Positions 45,381-53,658 of a stretch of 55,773 nucleotides of DNA are shown here, in pieces (positions within the stretch are counted from its first letter, which is position 1; each line of letters begins with the position of its first letter). Made by a program: the position numbers and the translations under genes. The notes under the pieces are model-generated. The model saw only the letters and a list, made by a program, of their open reading frames with translations. It ran no database searches and was not told the origin of the DNA. The DNA comes from a virus (taxonomy: Duplodnaviria; Caudoviricetes), in IMG/VR virus record IMGVR_UViG_3300047564_005519, positions 1-55,773 of that record, one strand, 5' to 3'.

Positions 45381-46180
45381 TTGATTTATGTATCATCAAC
45401 TATAATACTAGGGACAAGTTAGAAAGACTTATTAATATTTTACATTCAGATGTAAATGGAAAAAATAAGAAATGGTGTCTATATGTGGCTGATAATGGTT
45501 CGCAAGATGACTCTCTTGAATATCTTCAAAGCGTTGCTAGTCGGACTCTTATTAACAAGATTTTTGTTAATCCAAATATTGGATATTCTGCAGCATGCAA
45601 CCAGTTAGCTGCTTTTGGAACCGGTGAAGTTATTGCATTACTCAATGCAGATGTATGGTTCACTAGTGAAGATATTTTAAATATTCATAATATCTTCGAA
45701 AATAATCCAGATATACACATTCTAGGACCAAAGCAGCGTGATGAGAATGGATTTATCACACATGCTGGAATAATTGGAACCAATACTGCACCTAGACATC
45801 GTGGTTGGAGAGAATATGATCCTAGTGATGTAATGTATAGAGATAGAATTGAATGCGTTACAGTTTCTGGATCAGCCTATTTTATTAGGCGTGAAGTCTG
45901 GAATGCATTATGGAACGATCCCCAGTATCGGGAGCTAGTTCCAGATGCTACAGGAGCATTCTTGCCAACACCTCATTATTATGAGGAAACATGGTGTTCA
46001 TATTTTGCTAGACATCGTGGATACAACATTGTTTATGATGGATCTGTATCAATTGGGCACAGCTGGCACGCATCATCACCTAAACCTGGAGAAGGATTTA
46101 GTGAAGCTGACTCTAAGTTTCCTATCAGTAGAGAAATTTTTAGAAAAGCATGCGATTTTATAGGGATAGAAAGAGACTGA
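45377..46180 (+). CDS. glycosyltransferase family 2 (WbbL/rhamnosyltransferase-like)
   Basis: IINYNT, VADNGSQDDS, NIGYSAACN, LLNADV, VSGSAYFIRR, YYEETWCS and GH..HAS. Confidence 0.9.
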   Translation: MIDLCIINYNTRDKLERLINILHSDVNGKNKKWCLYVADNGSQDDSLEYLQSVASRTLINKIFVNPNIGYSAACNQLAAFGTGEVIALLNADVWFTSEDILNIHNIFENNPDIHILGPKQRDENGFITHAGIIGTNTAPRHRGWREYDPSDVMYRDRIECVTVSGSAYFIRREVWNALWNDPQYRELVPDATGAFLPTPHYYEETWCSYFARHRGYNIVYDGSVSIGHSWHASSPKPGEGFSEADSKFPISREIFRKACDFIGIERD

Positions 46181-46181
46181 T

Positions 46182-46544
46182 ATGGAATTATATTGGTATA
46201 GGGGATCTGTTGTAAAAATTATAGATGGAGATACTCTTGATATAGATATCGATCTGGGTTTCGATATCTGGCACTCTATTAGAGTTCGTCTTAATGGCTT
46301 AAATGCACCAGAAACAAGAACTTCTTCACTTGAAGAAAAAGAGGCTGGTCTACGGTCTAAAGAATTTGTTAAAAGTTGGCTCGATAATAGAGGATATAAG
46401 GTTCTTTTACACACTATAAAAGATGGTACTGAGAAGTATGGAAGAATTTTAGCCGAAGTCTATGATTCAACCGGATACGATAATCTAAATAACGATCTAA
46501 TAAAAGAAGGGTTTGCTGTTCCATATAATGGTGGACACAAATAA
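46182..46544 (+). CDS. thermonuclease (SNase-like)
   Basis: VVKIIDGDTLD.DIDLGF...RVRLNGLNAPE...EKYGRILAEV...LIKEGFAVPYNGG. Confidence 0.9.
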   Translation: MELYWYRGSVVKIIDGDTLDIDIDLGFDIWHSIRVRLNGLNAPETRTSSLEEKEAGLRSKEFVKSWLDNRGYKVLLHTIKDGTEKYGRILAEVYDSTGYDNLNNDLIKEGFAVPYNGGHK

Positions 46545-46547
46545 TAT

Positions 46548-46952
46548 ATGGGACTAAAAATTTTTTTATCAGGAGCCATGGAAGATGTTGGCGACTACAG
46601 TTTAAATTGGAGAAAAACAGCCACTCATCAATTAACTGCGATGGGATATACCGTCTTAGATCCAACATTAATACCTGATGTTGGATTCGAGACCCCTGAA
46701 GAAATCGTTCAAAAAAATCTTTTCTTACAGAAGAAAGCTGATCTTCTTTTAGTTGAATACATGCTGCCAGGGCGTGCATATATTGGTACCGATTTTGAGC
46801 TAGCATGGGCAAAATTTCATGGTCAGCCAACAATAGTATTTTGTTCTGAAAAACACAAACATCGTGTTTATCTGAAATATATGGCAACTAAGCTTGCATC
46901 TAGTATGACTGATGCGCTAGAATATCTAGCGACAACTTATCCAACTAATTGA
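46548..46952 (+). CDS. nucleoside 2-deoxyribosyltransferase / dNMP glycosidase family protein
   Basis: KIFLSGAM...WR...VLDP...ADLLLV...IGTDFELAWA...P. Confidence 0.8.
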   Translation: MGLKIFLSGAMEDVGDYSLNWRKTATHQLTAMGYTVLDPTLIPDVGFETPEEIVQKNLFLQKKADLLLVEYMLPGRAYIGTDFELAWAKFHGQPTIVFCSEKHKHRVYLKYMATKLASSMTDALEYLATTYPTN

Positions 46953-46965
46953 CGAGAAAGGTCAA

Positions 46966-47166
46966 ATGATGTCAAACAACAAGTTCAAGTATTTTGCAGT
47001 CACCACCACTACTGTAGTTAAGGCTAAGAACAAGGCTGATGCAGAGAAGATTGCAATGAGCACCAAGCGTACAGCTAACCTTAATCAGATTGGTGAGCTC
47101 CTTTTCAAGGATGTCGAGGTAGAGCGTATCACTGCTCTGCAGGCTCACGAGCAGACCGCTGTCTGA
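46966..47166 (+). CDS. small basic protein, probably highly expressed
   Basis: GAAAGG RBS. Strong aag/gag/cgt/acc codon bias. Followed by a strong terminator. Confidence 0.75.
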   Translation: MMSNNKFKYFAVTTTTVVKAKNKADAEKIAMSTKRTANLNQIGELLFKDVEVERITALQAHEQTAV

Positions 47167-47182
47167 TTAGTCATATTGGATT

Positions 47183-47224
47183 GGAACTGGGGAAGGATAT
47201 TAACCTTCCCCAGTTCCTATTTTT
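47183..47224 (+). terminator. Rho-independent terminator
   Basis: Perfect 14-bp stem GGAACTGGGGAAGG / CCTTCCCCAGTTCC with a 7-nt loop, then TATTTTT. Confidence 0.9.
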
Positions 47225-47239
47225 AAATAGGAGTATATT

Positions 47240-47932
47240 ATGATATACGCTCAAATGATTGGACGTAATGAGTCTAGTCGATTTCTAGAAGAAGTACTAC
47301 AAAGATTATCAACTCAAGTTGACAAAATCATTTTTACAGATGACTGTTCTGATGATAATACTCCAGAAATTGCAGCTAAGTACGCTGAAGTTTTTAGAAC
47401 AGATAAGCCAACATTTACCGAGCATGAGGGACAATTAAGAGCCTTTGCTTGGGGCAATATGGAGAAATTTGCAAGTGTTGGCGATTGGATTATTGCAATT
47501 GATTGCGATGAAATGTTATTTCATGTAGATGATCTTGATATTAGATCAGTCTTGGCAAAGTCTCCATTTGACGTTGTCAACGTCAGATTCTATCATATGT
47601 GGAATGAGACACAGTATCGTGTAGATAAGTTATGGGCACCGAATAATAGCTCACGCATTTTCCGTTATGTTAGCAATGGTGGTTTTGCTAATCGTAGATT
47701 GGCCTGTGGTTCAGAACCTACTTATGTGGGAGAGTGGATTTCTAAGCGTAATTTTTGGTTAGATTCTGGACTAGTTATGCAGCATCTTGGCTATATTAGA
47801 GATGAAGATAAGAAGGCTAAGTTTGAAAGATATTCTCATTTAGATGGTGGAGAATTTCACAATCTAAATCATATTAATTCTATTGTTGACGATAATCCAG
47901 TTCTTATTAACTGGGGAACTTTTGGTATCTGA
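47240..47932 (+). CDS. glycosyltransferase family 2
   Basis: GRNES..FLEE.L, IIFTDDCSDDNT, DWIIAIDCDE and MQHLGY. Confidence 0.85.
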   Translation: MIYAQMIGRNESSRFLEEVLQRLSTQVDKIIFTDDCSDDNTPEIAAKYAEVFRTDKPTFTEHEGQLRAFAWGNMEKFASVGDWIIAIDCDEMLFHVDDLDIRSVLAKSPFDVVNVRFYHMWNETQYRVDKLWAPNNSSRIFRYVSNGGFANRRLACGSEPTYVGEWISKRNFWLDSGLVMQHLGYIRDEDKKAKFERYSHLDGGEFHNLNHINSIVDDNPVLINWGTFGI

Positions 47933-47941
47933 GGAGATAAA

Positions 47942-48568
47942 ATGTCTTTTTTAAATCAAACTGAATCTATTATTAAGCTAACGAAAGCGATGCAAGGCAA
48001 TGAGAAGTTTAGTTATATTAATGTTCCAAAGTCTGCTATTGTGGGACTAAGCAAAAATAGTGAAAATGCGTTCCCTGCCAATTTTGCTCGTAACGTTATC
48101 AATTCGTTAAAGAACGCAGATAAAAATGTGATGAAGGCTATTTCTCATACTTTGGTATCTGATGTTGAGGCAGGAAAGCATTTTAAGATAGGTCTTAATA
48201 AGCATTCGGAATATTATTATTCAAATGTATTTGAGTATTATTACATGAACAACAGAGATCTTTATAATACAATCCTAGATTTCTTTATTAAGAATACTAA
48301 AACAGTAACTGTTTCTTTCCATGATAAGAAATTAGTTCAAAAACATCTGGGATATAATACTCATGTTATCAATGTGCCGTTTATGTCGCAGTATGATAAG
48401 CTTGATAGCGTTTACGCACAGCTAAGCGAATTTGAGGGTGGAGTTGATTACTGCATTATGGACTGTGGAGTTTTTGGTTTAGCATTGATGTCTAAGATGT
48501 GGAATGACTCTAAGATGTCAATTATTGACCTTGGTAAGACTATAAACATGGTGAAAGCTTCGACGTGA
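47942..48568 (+). CDS. GT-D fold-like protein, apparently lacking the canonical R..DGE motif
   Basis: The C-terminal DYCIMDCGVFGLALMSKMW...IIDLGK resembles the GT-D (DUF1792) end. The N-terminal EKFSYINVPK replaces the expected FS..RFGDGE. Adjacent to a GT2 gene. Confidence 0.5.
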   Translation: MSFLNQTESIIKLTKAMQGNEKFSYINVPKSAIVGLSKNSENAFPANFARNVINSLKNADKNVMKAISHTLVSDVEAGKHFKIGLNKHSEYYYSNVFEYYYMNNRDLYNTILDFFIKNTKTVTVSFHDKKLVQKHLGYNTHVINVPFMSQYDKLDSVYAQLSEFEGGVDYCIMDCGVFGLALMSKMWNDSKMSIIDLGKTINMVKAST

Positions 48569-48572
48569 TAGA

Positions 48573-49199
48573 ATGAAAAATCGTAAAAAGATAGAAGATG
48601 ATGATGTTGAATTTCTAACAGATCTTTTGTTTGATACGAATCTTTCACTATCAGATATAGCTAAAGAGTTAAATACTGATATTTCTGAAGTAAATAAGAA
48701 GATTAATTTACTTGGATTAAATTGGCTGAAGACCTCTAGACGAAAAATGTCTAGAGGTCAAACAGCTTTAACTCTGCTGTTGAAAAAACTTATTCCAGGT
48801 GAAGAAATTGTTAACGAATATCATATTGGCGATAAATTAAAGCTAGACATTTATTGTCCAAGTTATAAGTTGGCAATTGAATTTCATGGTCGTCAACATT
48901 TCTATTACACTAGTAGATTTTTTGAATCTAAATATGAGTTTGAAGAAGCACAAAAGCGTGATATCAAAAAAGCAGACTGGTGCAAAGAGAATGATATTGC
49001 ACTAGTTGTGTTTCGATATAATGATTCGTTAACAGAGCAAAATGTTTGTGATAGAATATTGGATGCGATTAGAAATAGTCCGACTCCAAAAACTGATAAA
49101 CAGGGGAAGTCGATCACTTCATCTGATTTTTATCAGAGTATGAAGAAGAAGAATTCGCAATACAGAAAAGATCTATATAGGAAAATGAAGGGTAAATAA
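48573..49199 (+). CDS. HTH + DUF559/Vsr-like endonuclease domain protein
   Basis: HTH: LSLSDIAKELN.DISEVNKKI. Nuclease: KLDIYCPSYKLAIEFHGRQH...RDIKK..WCKENDIALVVFRY. Confidence 0.75.
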   Translation: MKNRKKIEDDDVEFLTDLLFDTNLSLSDIAKELNTDISEVNKKINLLGLNWLKTSRRKMSRGQTALTLLLKKLIPGEEIVNEYHIGDKLKLDIYCPSYKLAIEFHGRQHFYYTSRFFESKYEFEEAQKRDIKKADWCKENDIALVVFRYNDSLTEQNVCDRILDAIRNSPTPKTDKQGKSITSSDFYQSMKKKNSQYRKDLYRKMKGK

Positions 49200-49200
49200 A

Positions 49201-50664
49201 TTGATCATTCTAGATGAGATGGAAGAGACTAAAGAGATTCCATTAGAATATCAGATTTTTGCTTTAGCTTTAAAAGAGCCAGGAGCTATCGCCTATTTCA
49301 ATGACAATCTTCCTCAGGACATTGTTGGAATAATCCATGGAGAAAAGGGTATTCATGAGTTCTATGGTGCCCTTCTAGGCTTCTATCGTGGCACTAATTT
49401 AGATCATGTTGATCCTGTAGCCTTTAAGTCTTGGTTGAGTTCTGAGACTGACATCTATGATGCTCTTGGTGGTCAATCCGGTGTGTCAATCATGCTGGAT
49501 TTGATCACTAAGGTAGAGGTTTCTAATAAAGAATCTGTCACTGAGTTAGTTAAGCATAAAGCAAATAAGCGTAAGCAAATCAATTATCTTCAGGAGCTAC
49601 AACTTCTTATTAATAAGAAGGGACTTAAATCCGAAGAAGATGTAAATAGAATTAATATTCTTACATCTCATATTAAAGATCTAGAAAATCAAATTAAGTA
49701 TGATCCTTTTTCCAAGATCACTACTGGTTTAGATATTATCTCTCACGCATCTAATCTGTTAGAGATTCCAGACTTTATTCCAACTCAATTTAAGGCTTTA
49801 AATAGAGCTATGGGATATACCGATGAGGGCGGATTTTTCCGTGGAGCAGTTCATGCTGTAATTGCACCATCTGGTAAGGGTAAAAGCACTTTTGCCAAAT
49901 GCTTAGCTAATCATTGGTTGGATACTGGTTACCGCGTCCTTTATGTTAACTTTGAGGAAGCATTAGGTCACTGGGAACGCATTCTAATGACTCAAATTAT
50001 AGGTAAAAATGTTTACTCTGAAGCTGATAAATGGTCCGCATCAGAAAAGGATTTTTATCTTAAAAAGTTCAAGGAAAGACTTGAACAGTGGGGCGATAGA
50101 TTGATGGTTCGCCATGATCCCGAAACTCCATATTTTGAGGATCTTGAATTCTGGTTACGTGATTTAATCGGTCACAATGAGAAGATTCCGGACATTGTGA
50201 TTATTGATACCATTCAGTCAATGTTTACTCGCGGAAGCGGTAAGGGTAAGCCACGATGGGGTGAATTTGAGGAAATGATGGTCAAGTTAGAGAAACTTGC
50301 CCGTGACATGAACTGTGCATTGATCATTACTGCTCAAGAAAACTCTAATAGAATGAAGGAAAAGCGAGAAGTTGTACAACAGTCTGATACGGGTGGTTCG
50401 TTAGCTATTCAGCAGAAGTGTGCAGTAACTATTTTCATTACTGAAAAGAAGTTAGCAACAAATGACGAGACAGAAGATGATAATGTCATGCAGTTGCAAA
50501 TACCGAAAAACAGAATCACTGGATCAGCTTTTACATATGATCCTCCGCTAGTTAGATATGTTGATTCTAAGAAAATTTATGAAGAGTATGAGGTTGTGAA
50601 TTCTGATTCATATTTAGAGTCATCAGAATTAAACGATCTATTAAATGGAGAGGGATTTGACTGA
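49201..50664 (+). CDS. dnaB: DnaB-like (SF4) replicative helicase
   Basis: IPTQFKALN, Walker A APSGKGKST, VLYVNFEE, Walker B IVIIDTIQ, LIITAQEN and KNR. The start may be TTG 49201 or ATG 49219. Confidence 0.85.
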   Translation: MIILDEMEETKEIPLEYQIFALALKEPGAIAYFNDNLPQDIVGIIHGEKGIHEFYGALLGFYRGTNLDHVDPVAFKSWLSSETDIYDALGGQSGVSIMLDLITKVEVSNKESVTELVKHKANKRKQINYLQELQLLINKKGLKSEEDVNRINILTSHIKDLENQIKYDPFSKITTGLDIISHASNLLEIPDFIPTQFKALNRAMGYTDEGGFFRGAVHAVIAPSGKGKSTFAKCLANHWLDTGYRVLYVNFEEALGHWERILMTQIIGKNVYSEADKWSASEKDFYLKKFKERLEQWGDRLMVRHDPETPYFEDLEFWLRDLIGHNEKIPDIVIIDTIQSMFTRGSGKGKPRWGEFEEMMVKLEKLARDMNCALIITAQENSNRMKEKREVVQQSDTGGSLAIQQKCAVTIFITEKKLATNDETEDDNVMQLQIPKNRITGSAFTYDPPLVRYVDSKKIYEEYEVVNSDSYLESSELNDLLNGEGFD

Positions 50665-51440
50665 TGCTAAATCTTACAGTTAATTCTATTAAGGACTTTC
50701 AGCTTTGTGAAAGATTATATGACTATCGTCATAATGAAAAACTTCCGGAAAAAATATATTCTAGAGATATCTATTCCGCAAAATTTGAATCAACCATAAA
50801 AAATATATTGTATTTCTTTTGGTATAAGAAGCAGGGTGGAATTACTCCATCGTATAATTCGCTATTAAATAGATGGGAGAAACTTTGGTTTCCCAAAGAT
50901 GTTGACTCATATGATTTAATAACTGAACAGCATGAAAGTGTTTATGGAAATATGTCTAGTTTAACAACTAAGGCAGCATCAATACTTTTGGAGTTTTATG
51001 AAAAGTACTCTGAGATAGATTTAATTCCACTAGCTATTAGTGATGACTATGTCGCAATTGTTAACAAAAATATTAAGATAGAAGATCGATTCGATCTAAT
51101 TTATCGACATGATGATAAAAATTATGTTGTCAAATTTATGTTTAACTATAAGACAAATTATAGTTATATGTATCAAATTGATTTTTCAACTATGTACTTA
51201 GGTTTTAAATTGCGCCATCCTTCTAGAATGCGAAATACAGTATTCGGATACATTGACTTACTGAGTAACAATATGAAATTTGTTGAGTATGAAATTAATC
51301 AAGAAGACCTTGATGCTCTAGAGTACTGGTGTGATACAATAGAGTCCAAAGAAGTGCTTGTTCCGAAAAGAGGAATGACACTGCACTGTAAAAAATGTCA
51401 GTTTGATGATATTTGTTCAAAATGGAAATTCCCAACTTAG
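50664..51440 (+). CDS. Cas4/RecB-like PD-(D/E)XK fold protein with Fe-S cysteines, degenerate active site
   Basis: N-terminal SIKDFQLCER and C-terminal HCKKCQFDDIC. RFDLI is present, but motif III reads VVKFMF instead of D/E-x-K. Confidence 0.65.
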   Translation: MLNLTVNSIKDFQLCERLYDYRHNEKLPEKIYSRDIYSAKFESTIKNILYFFWYKKQGGITPSYNSLLNRWEKLWFPKDVDSYDLITEQHESVYGNMSSLTTKAASILLEFYEKYSEIDLIPLAISDDYVAIVNKNIKIEDRFDLIYRHDDKNYVVKFMFNYKTNYSYMYQIDFSTMYLGFKLRHPSRMRNTVFGYIDLLSNNMKFVEYEINQEDLDALEYWCDTIESKEVLVPKRGMTLHCKKCQFDDICSKWKFPT

Positions 51441-51449
51441 GAAGTAGAA

Positions 51450-52100
51450 ATGACTAAAAAAAGTTTATTAGATGATATCTTAGTTGACAACAAGGGCTCC
51501 TCTATCAATGAGGAGAATCAGATTCTACAGCCTCTATTGGATGAGATTAATCTGATTGTTGATGAGGGAGTTAGATCATTTGTTAGATCAGTTTTATTAA
51601 AGGCTGATCTTTTTTGGATTATTCCATCAGCATTTGCTAGCAATCATCATCCTAAAGATGAACATAATCAGGGTGGCAATGTTTTGCACACTAAGCGAGT
51701 TGCTAGAATAGCTGATACGATTAGTGAATCATATTCGCTGTCTTCTGATGAGCGAGATCTAGTTATCGCTGCCGCCCTTATTCATGATATTACCAAGGGT
51801 ATTCCGACTGAAGATAACGTTTCTTTTCAGTTTGACCCAATGCATGCGTATACAGTTAATAGTTTTGTGATCGAATGTCAAAAATATGACAAAGAATTTG
51901 GTAATGATGGACTATCTTCTTCTCTGTTTATCACAGAAGATGCAATGCAAACAATACTAAGACTTGTTCGATGCCATCTTGGGCCATGGTCTCCCGTTCC
52001 TGAAACATTTCCGATTACATATTTAGACTATATTCTGCATGTTGCAGATAATATCGCAGCAAATCTTCACAACTTTACTGGATTAAGTATTGATGGATGA
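51450..52100 (+). CDS. HD-domain phosphohydrolase
   Basis: HHP....GGNVLHTKRV, AALIHDITKG, RCHLGPW and LHVAD. Confidence 0.85.
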   Translation: MTKKSLLDDILVDNKGSSINEENQILQPLLDEINLIVDEGVRSFVRSVLLKADLFWIIPSAFASNHHPKDEHNQGGNVLHTKRVARIADTISESYSLSSDERDLVIAAALIHDITKGIPTEDNVSFQFDPMHAYTVNSFVIECQKYDKEFGNDGLSSSLFITEDAMQTILRLVRCHLGPWSPVPETFPITYLDYILHVADNIAANLHNFTGLSIDG

Positions 52101-52260
52101 TGTTCCCGCAAAAATTAGTAAACGTCTTTTAATATCCTCTAGATTAGAAGATATTTTGAAAGAATCAATCTACCATCGTACCCATTCGATCAACTTTGGG
52201 TGTGATAAAATAGTTATTGGCAACATCAAAAGCAAAGAGTTAAAAGTCAAATTATTATGA
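52093..52260 (+). CDS. hypothetical protein (55 aa, not in ORF track)
   Basis: MDDVPAKISKRLLISSRLEDILKESIYHRTHSINFGCDKIVIGNIKSKELKVKLL. It fills the gap and overlaps the primase gene by ATGA. Confidence 0.6.
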   Translation: MDDVPAKISKRLLISSRLEDILKESIYHRTHSINFGCDKIVIGNIKSKELKVKLL

Positions 52261-53465
52261 AGACCGTTTCTGATCCAAATAAATATCTATACAAATGGAG
52301 ATATGTTGAGTTAGCCAAATATATTCCTTCTCTAGATAAAGTCAGTAGAATTAAAAAGGACGGAAATACTGTTCTTATTGATTTAGATGACATTGATAAA
52401 TTTCGATCAGACAATAATAATGTTGGACTTTATACGTCAATCTGGTTGTACGATTCCTTAGATATTGACACCGCTGTAAGATTTGGTCCTCTATATTTTG
52501 ATATAGATAGTTCAGATATTTCGATTGCATATGAAGAGTGCTTGAAGCTTTATAGATATCTTCTTAAGAATATTCCTGACGAGGCTATCTCTGTCTTCTT
52601 TACTGGTAAAAAAGGATTCCATATTGAATGTGATCCTATTGCTATTGGCATTAATCCATCGAATAATCTTCCAAACATCTATCGGTTTATTGCTAATACA
52701 ATTGCAAAAAATCTGAATCTAAATTGCGTGGATTTTAGTGTCTACGATGCAAGAAGAATGTGGAGACTTGAAGGTAGTCAGCATCAGTCAACTGGTTTGT
52801 TTAAGAATGAGATTCCAAAAGAAATCTTCATCGATGGTGTTGAGAATATTGTTTCTTTTTGTAAAGAAAGAGTAGTAAGCGAGAGAACTGATCCAGCTTT
52901 CAATGCGAAAGCTAATGAATGGTTTAGAAATTTCACATATGAATTAGAAATTGAAAAAGAACGTTCTAAAGATTTTATTGGCTACTTCAATAAGTTTGGT
53001 TCTTCTGTTTTTAAGAATCTAGAAGAAAAAGACAAGAAGTTCACCAAAGACAAACTGCTAAATGGATGTCCAGCCATTGCCGAGTTGCATAAGCAAGCTA
53101 TTGAAAAGAAATGGTTAGATCATGAAGCTAGACTTTTTCTATGTTCAATTCTGACTTATACAGATGAAGCTATTGAATATCTGCATGAGATTCTTTCAAA
53201 TTGTGAAGATTACAATGTAGAAAAGAGTACTAGTCATATTAATGATTGGATCAATAGACGTCGACTTGGTATTGGTGGAAGACCATATACTTGCGAAAGA
53301 GCTAATGCGGCAGGTGTAGGTTGCGGTGAATGCCATCTGGACAAGAGAAAGAAATGGATTCAAATAGGCAATAGGTATGTCGAATCTGATGAGCTGTCAT
53401 CTCCTTCTGCTATCCGTTTTGCGTATACGAGCATAAATAAAGGAGGTGAAGATGCCAGCTATTGA
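52257..53465 (+). CDS. archaeo-eukaryotic primase (AEP) catalytic domain fused to a PriL-like Fe-S C-terminal domain
   Basis: AEP motifs LYFDID, FTGKKGFHI and DFSVYD.RRMWRL.GS.H..TG. C-terminal GCPAI...HEARLFL...PYTCE...CGEC. Confidence 0.8.
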   Translation: MKTVSDPNKYLYKWRYVELAKYIPSLDKVSRIKKDGNTVLIDLDDIDKFRSDNNNVGLYTSIWLYDSLDIDTAVRFGPLYFDIDSSDISIAYEECLKLYRYLLKNIPDEAISVFFTGKKGFHIECDPIAIGINPSNNLPNIYRFIANTIAKNLNLNCVDFSVYDARRMWRLEGSQHQSTGLFKNEIPKEIFIDGVENIVSFCKERVVSERTDPAFNAKANEWFRNFTYELEIEKERSKDFIGYFNKFGSSVFKNLEEKDKKFTKDKLLNGCPAIAELHKQAIEKKWLDHEARLFLCSILTYTDEAIEYLHEILSNCEDYNVEKSTSHINDWINRRRLGIGGRPYTCERANAAGVGCGECHLDKRKKWIQIGNRYVESDELSSPSAIRFAYTSINKGGEDASY

Positions 53466-53658
53466 CGATCCCGATGATGTAATTGGTGTTTGTTCAGAAT
53501 GTAAATCTGATCAACCAGATTCTTATATGGAGAAAAGTCCTTTTGCGCAAGCAGGGTCTCCCGTCCCATGTAAGTTCTGTGGTGGAGTAGTAATTATTGC
53601 GTATAGAGAGCAGAGAGATCAGGTACTTAAAGGTTCTGATCGTTCGAGAGGTATTTGA
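53452..53658 (+). CDS. small zinc-ribbon protein
   Basis: CSEC...CKFCGG. Perfect AGGAGGT RBS. Confidence 0.7.
   Translation: MPAIDDPDDVIGVCSECKSDQPDSYMEKSPFAQAGSPVPCKFCGGVVIIAYREQRDQVLKGSDRSRGI

Noticed and set aside
50664-51440. CRISPR-Cas locus suggested by the Cas4-like gene
   Set aside because: No repeat-spacer array or other cas genes were seen. Solo Cas4-like genes are common in phages.
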